This document shows, piece after piece, positions 12,544 to 25,977 of a stretch of 64,000 bases of DNA (positions are counted from its first letter, which is position 1; each line of letters begins with the position of its first letter). Location of the stretch: positions 9,176,001-9,240,000 of the forward strand of contig JBHGNT010000005.1 of assembly GCA_043228905.1 (NCBI GenBank), in the 5' to 3' direction. Source of the DNA: Azolla caroliniana. Taxonomy: Eukaryota; Plantae; Polypodiophyta. The position numbers and the translations under genes were made by a program. The notes beneath the pieces are model-generated. The model ran no database searches. It was not told the origin of the DNA and saw only the letters and a program-made list of their open reading frames with translations.

Positions 12544-15500
12544 TGTGTTACCGGCCGGCAAAGGAGTCCAGAGTGTGAAACGTGGAGTTATTTAATTATT
12601 AGGAATGGTTGTAAGTAAGCTATGAGTGTGGACGGACGGACCGGAATCGGTATGCCGTTCCGGATCCGGACCGATCCCGAACAGGTGCGGATGGCACCGT
12701 TTTGTACTACAGACCGGAAACCTATTTAAAGGCCCGGATACAATGTAATGAGCGGCGGTTAATTAATAAAGCTTAGTGTTTTTATCTCTCTGTGTTAATT
12801 GCCGTTCTGCATTCATTGTTATATCTTACGCGTGTGATTATTAAGGAAGATCTTACTAAGTAGCCTAATTAAGTCGGATTAATCGTTGATTCTAATCCTC
12901 TTGCCGTAACACCCCTTTGGTGAAGTGTCTTCCGTAGACACCCTGTGTTAGGCCATTGTCCGGCCCTAAGAGTTAACAGGGCAACCCTTCTGTAGTTCTT
13001 TCGTGGCTCTCGTAGTCGCGTGTATCTTCCACCCGTGTTTGGTGTTGATCGGCCATTTCCCCTTTTTGTAGAAGTCCATGGACATCAGGTTAATTTTTGA
13101 GCCGTGGTCAATCAACGCTACCACCAGTTCCTTCACGTCCCCGATGCGAACCGGGGTTTCCGTAGTCGCTCTTGCCCAGTGTGGCCTGGCGTAGTGGCTT
13201 TCCGCAAGCTTGTCTTCCGCGGTCATCTCGTCGAGGAGCGCCACCCCTATTTCAACTGGCTTCTCGGGTTCCGGTTCCGTCGTGAGACACTTTCGTTTTA
13301 CGAGATCCACGATGCAATTGTGGAATTCCCTTCTAGCGATTCCAAGTACTTCCCTTAGCGTGAGTTCTATGCGACTGTCGAGAATTCGCTCCTCTAGAAC
13401 CTTCTGTAGGTTCGTCGTTTTCTCGATCTCCGAGCTTGATCGGAAGCTCGGACCCCTGCCCTTTTCCTTCTCCTTGGACCCGGTTGGAGTGACATCGTGC
13501 CTCTTGTGCCTGCTTCGGGTGTCATACCTCCCCGAAGGGCCTACCCCCCTAGTCTTTCCGGCTTGCCTTTCGTCAATCAGATCTTCGTAGTTCCTGCACG
13601 CGGTTTCCACAAAGCCAGTGTTTTCTTCAACTGGGTCACTCCATCTAGTGGCCTCGCACACGTTCCTCCGCGCGGTCCGCTTTTTCCTTTTGCAGCCTTC
13701 CCCTGGACAAGGTCTTGAGTGCCACCGGCCAGAACCCGGGTTTTGTATCGGGCTTAGCCACCTTTTCACCTACGTGGATGACGGCCGAAGCCGAGTAGTG
13801 GATGGCTTTGACGTGCCGCGCCGCAGCCTTTTCCATTAACCTCTTCATGCCACCACGTCCGAAATTTACGTCAAGCATTCTTCGCGTGTTGCTCGCATGA
13901 ATCCTGCCATTCGAAAGATAAACCACAGTACTCCTGAGTGCTTCGCCGAAGTCGGCGCAATCTCTCCGGGCATGTCCGATGGCGTCACATCATATGCACC
14001 TTTGGTTGGCGGCGGTCGGCGGTCACACGGCTGACCCTCGTCACTTCGTAGGGCCTGGGCAATCTGGAGGTCGCGCACCATCCTTGTTAGTTCTTCCAGT
14101 CCTGTGTCGCCTGAAGGCCTCGCGACTACGTTTGCCTGGGGCGGGCCTAGCTCAAGCCACCTCCTCGCTTCTTCCGTTCGGGTCGGCGTCGGCTCAACCC
14201 CAATTTCGACAGCTGGTCCGGCCAGTGAGAACCCCTTCTCTTTCCAGTCTCTACGTTTGTCGATCCTGTCACACACTCCTTTGACAGTAACCCAATCGAT
14301 CGTGAGACTGTTGTTTGTTTCGAGAAGAAGGCCCACGCTTTCCCAGACGCGCAAATCGAACGATGTAATGAACAATAGGACCTTGCTCATCTCGAGCACG
14401 GTCCGGTCCAACGTAGAGAGCCGCGCGAACCGCGACTCGAACTCTTGGAGGAGCGCCGAAGCATTATGACCCTTGTCAGGGCAGTTAACCCAATCCACAA
14501 AGTCCTGTCTCGACAGTCGGAGCGAGTCATGGTAGATGTACATTTCGAGAACTTGCTCCGCGAAATCCGCCCAATCGCGGCAATCCGCCAGTATTTCGAT
14601 CATCTCCATATGGAGGCTCGGCGTCACGACCCGGGGAAACCTTGTCAGCCAACTATCCTCCGGTATATCCCTCACTTGTATTTCGGATTTGTAGGCCTCT
14701 AAGTAACTCGTGGCATCTTTCCCACTGAACTAGCCTATCTTGGTGACCATTGCTTCTATGGCCCTGTCGAGGGCACTCGTGCACTCGCGAGCGCTAACCA
14801 GGCGGTCTACCGCCACCGCCATTGCTTCCGCAAGTTCGTTCCCTCTCATTTATTATTTTTATTTATTATTTATTTATTTATTTATTTTTTATTCCTTTGC
14901 CGCCCCCGTTCACGTTAGGTTCACCAAAGATGTCGCGGAAATCTGCGCAAATGCGTAGAAATGGGGCAGGATCACGAGGGTCTTATACCAAGAAATCAGG
15001 GAAGTGAGGGGGAAGAGTCCGCGCTTCGCGTAGGCACCGAGACCGCGGGTAAACAGAGAACTGTAGTGAAAGGGAGAGGGATATAGAGTCGTGCGTAGCC
15101 ACGAACACCCACACAGACAGACAGACAAAGACGCGGTGAACAGCTTGTATTAAGTAGATAGGGTTATATTAATCGAAACGCGCGCATGGCATGGTAAACG
15201 ATTACAACCGGATCAGAGCCGGTGATGGAGTGTAGAGCTCGACAATAGTTAGATACACAAAGAGATACGTAGGTACGCAGAAGTTCAATTCCTTGGTTGG
15301 GAGCACTCAGGCGTCTGACTTGAGCAGGGGGGAAGCGCCTTCTGGTGATCAATCGTAGGACTTTTTAATGCGTACAAGCTCTCTTCTCCTTCTCTTCTTC
15401 TCCTCTCGATGGCTTCCCTAAAACAGGCCGAGGCCGCCCCTTTTATAGTGCAAGGAGCGACCGTTACAAATGCCTTTAAGACCTGTCGCTATCCTCCCTA

Positions 15501-17049
15501 GATTCTCTCCTCGATTCGCTTTCCTCGTAACTCTCCCCCCCCTACGCGATCTCGGAACTCCTATTAATGCTCTAATTACCTAGCACCCCTCATCCTACCA
15601 ATACCTAGTATTTACATAGTTTAATTTAGTAGGGATGTGCACTCGTGCACACCCGTGTTCCCGTGTGTTTCACACCGTTTCCTCCTATGGCCCAAGATCT
15701 TCACAACAACGTATTCTCTGTGTGTGGTAATCGTGTAAGAGTATTTGTGTAAAGGTGACGCATTGTGTGAAGGAGCTCGGTTGTAGTCGTCTCCCGAATA
15801 CCCTTTCCTCTTTACTTACGCCACGCGATGTAATAGCCACTTCAAATAGGCTGTATACGCTTTCCATTCTCTGCACTACAATCTCCTTGAGCCATACCCC
15901 GAAGGATTGAGGGTGGGTTGTGTTTACCCTAGCCAGTAACACTTTTGGCACGCCTGGTGATCTGTGATTCTCACAACGGAACATCAGGGAATGGATGTCT
16001 AGCCGTCAATGCACCAGAGAACCGATTCAGGATAGACCGCAGACCCGGTCCATAGCCCGAAGGGAAGAGGAATGAGTTACGTGAAAACCACGCCTCAACG
16101 ACTGCTTTCCGGGTCTCTCGGAAAATACACTCGAATCAACGCTCATTGAGTAAAGTGGGACTGGGCAGGAGTTCCTATCCCACCTTCACCATTATAGCGA
16201 AACCACCAGCACATCACAAACCTGTCCACATCGCGTCGGTAGTGTTGGCCTCAACCTCGGTCAATCTACTATGATGGCCTTCTCATACCCTCGTTTCAAC
16301 GGTGACACCGATGTCGAAGGTCACCCTTGATCGTTCCTGAATGTGTGGAACACGAACCATGTGTCGCAATGGCTACTAGAAGCTGAAGCTCACGTTTCCA
16401 AGATCGCGGAGTTCTGTCTGACCCTCGAAGGACGTGCAACCCAATGGCATGCCCAGCTCAACATTGCGGCTTTCGCCTCCTTCGACCAACTCCAGTCTGC
16501 ATTTTTACGCTTCTTTCATTGAAGGATTCCACAACGCGAAATTATCGGACAATTCTACTCTATTCGGCAGCTCTAGAAGGAGTCGATCATTGATTTCAGC
16601 CTACGGTTCCAAAATCTAAGGCGCCAACTGACAAGAGCCCCCACAGAAGACGAGGCCAAAGAAACGTTCTTGGTGGCCTTGCGCCAACCTTTGCGGATGA
16701 CGTTGGGATTACAGAACCTTACGGGATAGATGGCGGACATGGTCATTGAATAGGCTTTGCAGATGGAACTTGAGGACGAAGATGATTTAATGTCCATGAC
16801 ATTGTTACGACATGCACTACCATGGGAGGAGGAGTATCATTTTCGACAGGCTTTATTGTGCACGATATGCTTGAATTCGGGATATTCAGTGATCGAGTGC
16901 AACATGTGGGCACACTGCCCTGTCTATAGTAAGGCCAAAACCATGGAATGGGTGGAGTAGGACAAGATCCGTGAAGCTGCGAAAGCTTGGGTGGAGAAGG
17001 CAAATGAAGCCAATGTGCAACGCATGCGCCGAGAGTCAGCAAACGCCGC

Positions 17050-18243
17050 TATCATAAAGATTTTCGGAAATGGTGTGAAAGTCGCATAAAACATACGAAA
17101 TCGAGTATGAATCATATAAAACAATAATAGTGAAAATACTATTTTAAATAATTTTAATATCTTAGTACAAAAAGATGGAGGTCTTTAAGACCTTTCGAAT
17201 GCACTTTACTGCATAACAAACGGGCATCTAAGTCTCAAGTTATGTGGGTAGGAAGTTTGCAAAGGAAAAGAGAAAGATAAAACTATGAGATATCCCACAT
17301 AGCTGGGACAAATAAGGATCCCACCTTATATAAGGCAAAGCAAAAGCTATTATCTTTGTGTCTATGTGTGGAGCATAGAGAATTCAAGGTGACTTGAACT
17401 AAGTTAATTGGATGAGTGGGTGTGGCCTAGCTACATGTAAAGGTTTTCGCCAACCAAAATCGGTGGCAACCGGCGATAGAGCCGATGAGCCGGTGATCGG
17501 GATGCAGAGTGGGCCGGACCAAACGGATGCAAATCGGACAGATCGGTCGGGTCGTTGGCGGCGGAACCGACGATCGGCGACCGACAAGTAGCGACCGACC
17601 GGTGACTGGCAAGCGACTCGAGATGCGGACCAAATCGGATCGGGATGCAAACTGGCCCGGACCAAACGGATGCAAATCGAATGGATCGATCGGGTCCGTT
17701 GATCATGGTGCATGGTGTCTTAAAGATATTTGGTCCACCTCCAAGATAGGAAGCAATAGCCTTACCATTAAGCCAAATCATTTCTTTAGGTATTATATTT
17801 TTATCATTATAGCTTTACATATAAATTCTCATATTAGAGCTTGATTGAGTGACATGTGATGCATGAGCGCCAAATGGCAAACATGCATCACATGCATGTA
17901 TACATGTCTTGTACCCTCACATGCATCATATGCATGGGAGCATCTATAAAAGGGGGGATGAAAAAGATGAAAGGGAGCTTTGTACTTTATATCAAAATTA
18001 ATATTAAGAAGAAAATTCGTTATCCAATTGATGTATTAATCTTGTTCGTCAAATCTAAAGTCAAGAGTTCAATCTTAATCTCTCTCAATCTAAAGTCAAG
18101 CGTTCTATTTAATCTCAATCTCTCTCTCTCAATCTATCTTAAATCCTTTCTTGCTAAAGCTAGTGCATACTTCATGTCCTTCCAGTCCAGAACCCCGGCG
18201 GATCCGCCTCACGATCCACACATAGTGACGGATCTTCACGACA
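17050..18243 (+). repeat. Solo LTR (1194 bp) in gag of element C
   Basis: Starts TATCATAAAGA (decayed TGTCGTGAAGA), ends TCTTCACGACA; 4-bp TSD CCGC; TATAAAA near 17945. Confidence 0.8.
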
Positions 18244-20815
18244 CCGCGTCGTCCACTCACGAACAGGAAGTGACACCTACGGTGGATCCGATATTGCAAG
18301 CACTTGCCGATTGTGAAATTACTCTAACAATGGATAAATTATTGAACTTGGTCCCTCGATTCTGGCATACTGGAAACATGAATCTGGGGCATGGATAGAA
18401 TAGAAATCCCGACTAATTTTACGGAGTCTACCACAGGGCCAACCATGGTTGATCACCACAATCCGGCCATCAAGGTGGTTCTACAAGGACAGGAAGTCAC
18501 AGACTGCACGTTCCGGGGTGAACGTCATCAGTAAGGCCACGTGTAGCTGTCTCGGCATTACGGAGTGGGAACCATGACCATTCTGGCTCCGTATGGCAGA
18601 TACCTATTCCGTCAAACCATTAGGGTTGTTCCGGAAATTAAAGCTCTTGATTGGTGGCCATGGCTTTGAAATTGCAGCCGTGGTTCTAGCTCTCACCGCT
18701 CGTGGGGCATACCCCATCTTGTTAGGACGCCCATGGTTACGCTCAGCCAATATCAAGCAGAACTGGTAGTACAACTACATTAGCTTCCAACGGGGGCGAG
18801 CCAAGGTCCGGGTGCCGACACAGGAGACCGCATCACCTGTAAAAGCGATAACGCCACAATATGCGAAAGAGGTCAACATGTTGGAAGGGCTAGATGAAAC
18901 GGAACTTGAGGCATACCTAAACGAGAATCCACGAATCGTACCCTTGTTCGAGATAGATGTCCTCGAGACGGCTAATGGTTACGTCGCATTGGCTAAACCA
19001 AATGGGGAGGAGTACGAACCGGATCCGGAATCAGTGCTGGAACTAAGTAGGGTGCGTGATGCGTTTGATCGAGAAATGGAGTCACAACGTCGACCATGGA
19101 GGAAATCGATGTAGGGACGATCGAGGCACCATGACCGCTATCCATAGCGACGGACCTAACGCTTGATGAAAAAGTAGTAATGATTGACTATTGCGAGAAG
19201 ATAAAGACATGTTTGTGTGGTCACATGGTGACATGAAGGGATTGGACCCAAAGTTTTACCAACATCAAATCAATCTGGCAACGGATGCGAAACCAGTTCA
19301 GCAAGGACGCTACCACATGAACCCGAATTACGCGATGCGCGTACAGGAAGAGATCGATAAGCTTTTAAAAATCATGTTTATTCGGCGGGTAAAACAAGCC
19401 ACATGGCTTAGCCCGATAGTGGTCGTACCAAAGAAAAATGGAAAAATTCACATTTGCATCGACTATCGCAAATTAAACGCAGTTATGATCACAAATGCCT
19501 TTCCCTTGTCGTTTACGGATATTGTATTTGACGCCGTCCCAGGCCACGAAATGTACAGTTTCCTGGATGGGTTTAGCGGGTACAACCAGATACTTATGCA
19601 CCTAGATGACCGGGAGGAAACCGCCTTCGTAATAGACTAGGGCGTTTTCGTGGCCGTAGTAATGATGCTCGAATTAAAAACCGCCCCAGCCACGTTCCAA
19701 CGAATCGTCACCACAAGTTTTGGCGAGTTCATCCCCGCATTCATGCGGGTTTTTCTCGATGACTTTGCAGTTTATGGGACACGAGTGGGTCATTTGGGAC
19801 ATCTACGACTATGCTTAGAGCGATGCCATTCAACACGATTCAGTCTCAATACGGCCAAATGCGCATTCGGGGTCACAAGCGGGGCCCTGCTCGGGCACAT
19901 AGTGAGCAAAGACGGTATCGCGGTGGATCCAGGGAAAATCAAAGCCATTGTGGAGGCGCCGGCTCCACACAATGCAAAGGCTCTTAGCCACTTCTTGGGG
20001 CAGATTTGCTGGCACAACCGCATGCTCTGCTATTTGGCAAATTTCGCTACGCCCTTGCATGCAACAGTACATCGAACCCCTTCAAATGGACGGTGATGGG
20101 AGACAAGGCATATGAAGCGCTAAAAGTAATGCTTACACAGGCACCAGTTGTATAGCCTCCGGTCTGGTCAAAACCATTTCATGTGTTCGTAGATGCATTC
20201 GACGTAGCCATCGGAAGCGCTCTCATACAGCTCACCGAGCCAAACTAGTATCGGCCAATATATTATTCCAGTCGAAAATTAACAAACGCCGAACGAAACT
20301 ATTCGATGATAGAACACAAAGCCTTAGGGATCATATATAGTATCAACAAATTTCGGCACTATTAGCTTGGTCGAAATTTCACCTTCCACATTGATCATGC
20401 AACATTGTTGTACCTCATCTCAAAACAATAACTAACCGGAAAACTGGCCCGGTGGATGCTGCTGTTGCAACAATTCGAGTTTGAGATCCAGAACCGGCCA
20501 GGGACCCAACATGTAGTAACGGATTATCTGAGTTGGATCGAAAATGGAGAAGAAGCGGTAGAAGGGCACGACGACTTTCCGGAAACCGGAATCCTGCGTA
20601 TCTCGGCAAGCGTAGCCGAAGAAGGCAAGCAATGCCCGGACAAATGGCTAGAGGAAATGTCTTATTTCTTAAGTACGGACTGCCACCTTCACACCTACGT
20701 ATAGAAGAAAAGAAACAACTGGGGGTCAGAAGCTGGAACTTCTGTTTGCTAGAAGGAATACTGTACCATAAGGGCATCGACGGTATTTGGCGAAGATGTG
20801 TACGTCAAGACGAAA

Positions 20816-21951
20816 CATTGTTATAAAATACTTAGCATAAAATACACGTACAATACGTATTCTAAGTATTCTACAAGTATTCTAACTTCTTCTTTTTAAA
20901 TACTTAGAATACGTTGTCGTGAAGAATTTCGGCCAGAGGTGGAAACCGGGAAACATTGGCTACATGGGCGGGGTGCAGTGTGTGTGCTCACCCATGTACA
21001 TTTAGTGTGAATAACGAGGGCGCCTTTATGGCGCCGAAGAGTAGTCAAGTCGGGACAGACGATCCCATGTAAGTCGGGATTTATCCCACATTGTAACGCA
21101 TCCCTCTCCTTGTTCTATAAAAGGAAGGGAGCGCCCTTTGTGAAGGGGTTGCCCATTTTTGCGTTAGAGGGTATACCGTTAGTTTAGGATTAGTGTTTCT
21201 TCTTCTTCTTTCCCTTTGTGTTTTACTTAGGGTTTGCTTCGGCTCGGCCTCCTGTGCAAGACCCCGCTTGGCGCGACGGGCCCGAGAGCTCCCCGACGGC
21301 GGCTTGACAGCAGACGACTGTTGTAACCTACCTTGGTCCGGCTCGAAGCCGGGAATGTATTCTTCTTTTATATATATACATTTGCGTCTGTCTGTGTATA
21401 TTTACGTCTCTGTTGGTGTCGGGAGCTTCCCCTTTCCTGCGTTTTCTGTACATAAGGGCATGAGTCGGGTTGGGCTGTGTGCGCGTGTGTGTGCGTGAGT
21501 CGGTGTTAAGCATGCTCTCTCTCTCTCTCTCTCTCTCTCCCTTCGGTCGCTTCCGGTGTGTTTCTGGGATGCCCCAGAAACAGCGAAGCACGACTTCCTA
21601 CGCTCCATCACTCCCTAGTCCAAGACCCCCATGGTCCCGCCTTTCTCCACGCACGGGCGTAATAACGCGACAACGTATTTTATAAATAAAGTACATTAAA
21701 TACGTTAAATACTTAGAATACGTGTAGAATACTTGTAAAATACGTTAAATACTTCTTAAAATTTAAAGTTTTTGTATTCAATAAAAAGAAAATATTTTTT
21801 AAAATGATAAATTCTTGTTAAATACGTTGAATACGTAGAATTCGTCAAATTTTAAAAAATGGCAGTTCTAAAACGTAGAATACGTGTAGAATACTTCAGT
21901 GTATTCTAAAACATACTCTAAACGTAGAATACGTGTTTTTTAACAACTATG
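20816..21951. mobile_element. Non-autonomous hAT/MITE-like insertion in pol of element C
   Basis: AT-rich with many AATACGT/GAATAC motifs. Imperfect TIR (CATTGTTATAAAA / TTTTAACAACTATG) and imperfect ~8-bp duplication (agacgaaa/gaacgaaa). Pol resumes RQDE|KNVVLREAH. Confidence 0.6.
20915..21672 (+). repeat. Solo LTR (758 bp) nested in the MITE
   Basis: TGTCGTGAAG...ACGCGACA; 4-bp TSD ACGT; TATAAAA near 21116; start resembles the element B LTR. Confidence 0.88.
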
Positions 21952-23449
21952 GAACGAAAAGAATGTGGTGTTACGAGAGGCTCACTACAGCATAGCAGGG
22001 GGGCACTACGCGGGGGAGGCAACCGCACGGAAGATATGGCAAGGAGGTCTCTAGTGGCCGACGACACAAAAGGATGCCTACGCGTATTGCAAAGAATGCG
22101 ACCTCTATCAGCGAATGGACCAACTTACAGAATTAGCGCAAATGCCCCATCAACCAGTGCTATCGCTCGAGCCATTCCAGAAATGGGGTCTGGATATACA
22201 TCCTAGTGGCCACGGACTGCAGATTCCAGAAATGGGTCGAGGCGAAAGCATTAAGAGATGACACTGCAGATTCCACAACGAAATTCTTATACAAGCACAT
22301 TGGTGCCGTTTTGGTTTCCCTATCGAGCTTATTAGCGACCAAGGAAGCCATTTCCTTAATACGGTAATCCGCAATCTCACCAAGCATTACACTGTAGTTC
22401 ATAAGGAAAACACGCCATATTATCCACAAGCCAATAGACTTGTGGAATCGACAAACAAGACACTCTAGAATATCGTGAAGAAGATTGTCAACGAGAACCA
22501 CACGGATTGGGATACTATGGGCATAGCGCACTAGCTTCAAGACAAGTATACAATCAACTCCATTCCGGCTAGCGTTCCGAGTAAAAGCTGTGATGCCTGT
22601 AGACTTTCAAATCCCGAGTTTACGGATACAAGTTCGAGAACACCTTTCGGAATGACAGTCTGAGCAAGTCAGCTTACAACAGCTGCTCGAACTGGGGGGA
22701 AGCCAGAGTCCACAACATGGCAATTTTGGAACATGATCAACGTCGGCGGAAGGCATTCGTGGATCGGCACCGCGGCACCAACGAGAAATGTTTTCAAATA
22801 GGGAAAGCCGTCCTAGTGTTCCAAACACGCATGGGACAAATGTCAGGCAAACTATGGTTCTGATGGAGTGAACCATACTAGGTAGTAGGAGTCGAAAATG
22901 AAACATTCGAGCTTGGCACCCTTGCAGGAGTGGTGTTACGCCAGAAAGTTAATGATTTTCGACTGAAGCCGTATTGGGGGCCCACGCTGGCAAACCCTTT
23001 TTCGAGTCGATGCGAACAAACAGGCCAACTTCCATGACGGTGACTGACCGTAACAGCCACATGTCACATTAAACGTGGCCCACTTGTAAAAAGGTAGCAT
23101 TAAGTGTACTATAAGGCCAACCATAACCGTTAGGTGTGAAAGAAAAAAAGAATCTGGGGGGGGGGGGGTGGGCAGTCATGACTATTTAAGAGGATTATAT
23201 GCAGGCATAACTTCCAAGAAAAGAAGTACATGCGTCATGGCTCAACGAATCTTGAACCCTAGCTTTCCATTTTCACATGAGGAAGCGAGTCACTTTTCTG
23301 CACATTTCAGAAAATCTTCGCAATCTCTGTACTCTCCTCGCTCTCCTTGCACCTCTCACTCCCCTTGCTCTCCTTACTCACCTCGCCATCACATAAGCTC
23401 TATTGCTCGAAAACATTCCCTTCACTTATCTCAACCCCTCCTCGAGGAT

Positions 23450-24086
23450 ATGACGATTGACATCTCCCCAACCCTGCGGCGGTGGCTCCATGACAAGGGC
23501 CTTGCAGACTACATCCGAGTAGCAGAGGCACCGCCTCACCCAAACTCACAGGACATGGCAAAGAAACTCAATAATGACAGCATCACCAATGCCATCATCA
23601 AGAAGAAGCTAGGCCTGTCCGGAAATGGGGAACGCCACTTCGAGATCCCTCCAACAAGGGTGCTCGAGCGTTACTTTGGGGAATACTCCATCTTGGCCAA
23701 AGCCTATAGGATGCGGGATGCGCTTGATCCCTTATTCCACAAAGTTGCGAAGTTCTTACTCGAAGTAGGGTGCATGCACACCAATGCGTACGGGGTGCCT
23801 AAACAGAAAACAGGCATCATCATCGCGACATTCGAGGGACATGCGATAGATTGGGGAGTCATAACAGGGCCGACACTGCAAGAAGGTCTTGACGCGTTCC
23901 AGGCCGGGAAGAAACTCCGCCCCATCATTCAACAATATTTGATGATATTGTTCCCTGCCCAGGCCCTCCTCGCTCCGGAAAAGACCCACCCTGCAACTAC
24001 GCCACGGCCAACCAAACGAATGCTCACCGAAATCACCACAACCGAGTGGGAGGATGAAGAAAATATACGTGTTATAGAACCTGTAC
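23450..24086 (+). CDS. ORF3 homologue of element C (N-terminal domain, truncated)
   Basis: WLHDKGLADYI..PPH..YFGEYS..GIIIATFEGHAIDW aligns with ORF3 of A (WLKQHGLEGFL..PPH..YLGEYS..GMIIATYEGIKMDW). Confidence 0.8.
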
Positions 24087-25160
24087 CATCGGAATTCCTC
24101 CTGCCGGATCCCTAGCTCTCCGATGAAGTCCTTCCTCCAGATTATCTCCTTGCCAACTTCAACAGCTGCCATGTACTCCGCTTCCGTTGTCAATAGTGCA
24201 ACAGACTTCTGTATGCTCGACTGCCATGATACAACTCCCCCTGCATAAGTCATGACATATCCAGATGTAGACCGACTGGTATCCGCATATGCCGATATAT
24301 CTGAATCCGTGAATCCGTCAAGTTGGGGTATACCGGAGCCAAACCGGAGACACATACTCGAGGTGCCTTTCAGATACCAGAGTATCCACTTGACCACGTT
24401 CCAGTGCTCTCTTCCCGGATTGCTCATGAATCGGCTGACTACTTCGACAACATATGCAATATCCAGCTAGGTGTACACCATTGCGTACATTAAACTTCCG
24501 ACGGCAGAGGCATATGGTATCTTTGTCATATGTGACTTCTCTGCCTTTGTCTTCGGGCTCTGCTTTCCAGACAACTTGCAATTTTCGGGAAGTGTCGATT
24601 AGACCAGTTTTGCCTCCGACATGTTGAACCTTTGAAGCACCTTTGTCATGTACTTCTCTTGTGACAACCACAATAGCTTCTCCTTCCGGTCCCAGATGAT
24701 GTGCATCCCTAAGATTTGTCTTGCCAAACCTAAATCTTTCATGGAGAAGGTCCTGTCAAGGCCTTCTTCAGCATCCCGATTTTGGTTCAGTCTGGTCCGA
24801 CGATCAATATGCCATCCACATACAGAAGCAGTATTAGGAAATCACCTCGAATTTCTTCACAAACACGCAGTGGTCAGCTTGCGTCTTGTGGTACCCTTGA
24901 TCGTTGATCACCACGATTCGGGCTTTGTACCTTGGTGGATTTCCGACGTCTCCTCGTTTCAACTTGTACACCCACTTGTTCCGGAGAGTGCTCTCTTCCC
25001 TTTCTGCAGCTCCGTCAGTTCATATGTGTTCCAGAGTGCATTGTATCCTTCCTCTCATAGTGATAGTTGGAGTTTGTGGGCTCCCGTGGTTTATCCTTAT
25101 TAGGGTTTTTCATGTTAACATCTTGTGTCTGTCTTATTTCTATTTCATGTTTTCTTCCAT
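24087..25160 (-). pseudogene. pol: Ty1/copia RT-RNase H fragment
   Basis: MSNPGREHWNVVKWILWYLKGT, GFTDSD, RSTSGY, SWQS..VALLTTEAEY. Confidence 0.9.
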
Positions 25161-25189
25161 AGTGTGACTAAAGACTCGATTGTGGCTGA

Positions 25190-25977
25190 ATGCTCAACAC
25201 ACCTCCGTGGGTAGTAGGAAGCCACCCCCACCGATCTTGAGCTTCCGCAATGTATCATCGGTGAACCAGTGTCCTATGCCAGGCGGATCTAGTAAACTTG
25301 GGTCCGTTGCGACCCCTTTTATCCGTTCTCAGCTGTTCTCCGGCAAGGGAGCCACGCTTGGCCTCATCTTCTGGTCCACAGTCTTGTACTTGGTGTATAC
25401 TCAAACGGTCCAATCCAACCTGATCATTTTCTCGAAGTCTGCGATGACTTCATACATCTCGACGAAATTTACCGGAATAGCCCGATCTTCGCTAACATCC
25501 TCCGTGACTACCCTCTTGATCTCCCCGAGGGTGTCGTCGAATGAGACCACCTCCACGACACTGCTAATCTAGTCGTCAGGTTCCAAGGCTCCGCATGCCT
25601 TTAGACTCCTTTCAACTTGCTTCTTCTCCCGGCCCCCGATACCGGCTATAGTGCAACCTCCGTATCCGGAGAGCCAAAATTTCCTACTTATGGTACATGT
25701 GTAGGGCTTCTTCCGGTTGTCTGGACTTTCGCGGCCCCACGCATAGTCCTCTCTAAAAATCCTCTCGACTCTCGCCACTGAGAGAATCTTGGTTTCATTC
25801 ATTATTCGGCCTTACTGTTAAGAAGTAGACGGAGTGCCTACCGTCCTGACTCTTTACCCTTGCGTATGCCAAACCGTTGTCCAGCACCTTCGTTTCCATC
25901 CGAGCCGCCGTAATGTAAGGTTCAACAAGAATCACCGGGTGGGAGGATGTCTCCTGCACGAAGAAATGTTGGTCTAC
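25190..25977 (-). pseudogene. pol fragment of the B/D (Trp-PBS) gypsy family
   Basis: Minus strand encodes DQHFFVQETSSHPVIL and IGGGGFLL, homologous to ~50710-51490. Confidence 0.75.

Larger units (their letters stand above)
3028..12978 (+). mobile_element. Element A: full-length non-chromovirus Ty3/gypsy LTR retrotransposon with an additional 3' ORF
   Basis: 433-bp LTRs 3028-3460 and 12546-12978 (TGTTA...TAACA, about 7 mismatches by eye). 5-bp TSD GGGCA at 3023-3027 and 12979-12983. Order gag-PR-RT-RH-IN, no chromodomain. Confidence 0.97.
2817..15708 (-). mobile_element. Element B: truncated Ty3/gypsy (tRNA-Trp-primed, DUF4100-like gag), interrupted in its protease by element A
   Basis: 5' LTR 15708-14931 (TGTTGTGAAG...CGCGACA); PBS tggtgaacctaacgtgaa 4 nt inside it. 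ORFs 14675-13866, 13769-12966 and 3005-2817 are homologous to 48923-50860 (IDHGSKINLMS). The protease continues across the A insertion. Confidence 0.85.
15713..24086 (+). mobile_element. Element C: decayed relative of A (partial 5' LTR to 15941, PBS, gag-pol, ORF3 N-terminus)
   Basis: LTR end AGCCAGTAACA, then PBS TGGCACGCCTGGTG (15946-15959). gag/PR/RT/RH/IN fragments colinear with A. Interrupted by a solo LTR and a MITE; truncated at ~24086. Confidence 0.9.

Noticed and set aside
20820-21950. CRISPR-like array of AATACGT repeats
   Set aside because: Repeats are short and irregular with no fixed spacers, there are no cas genes and the context is eukaryotic. Better explained as MITE subterminal motifs.
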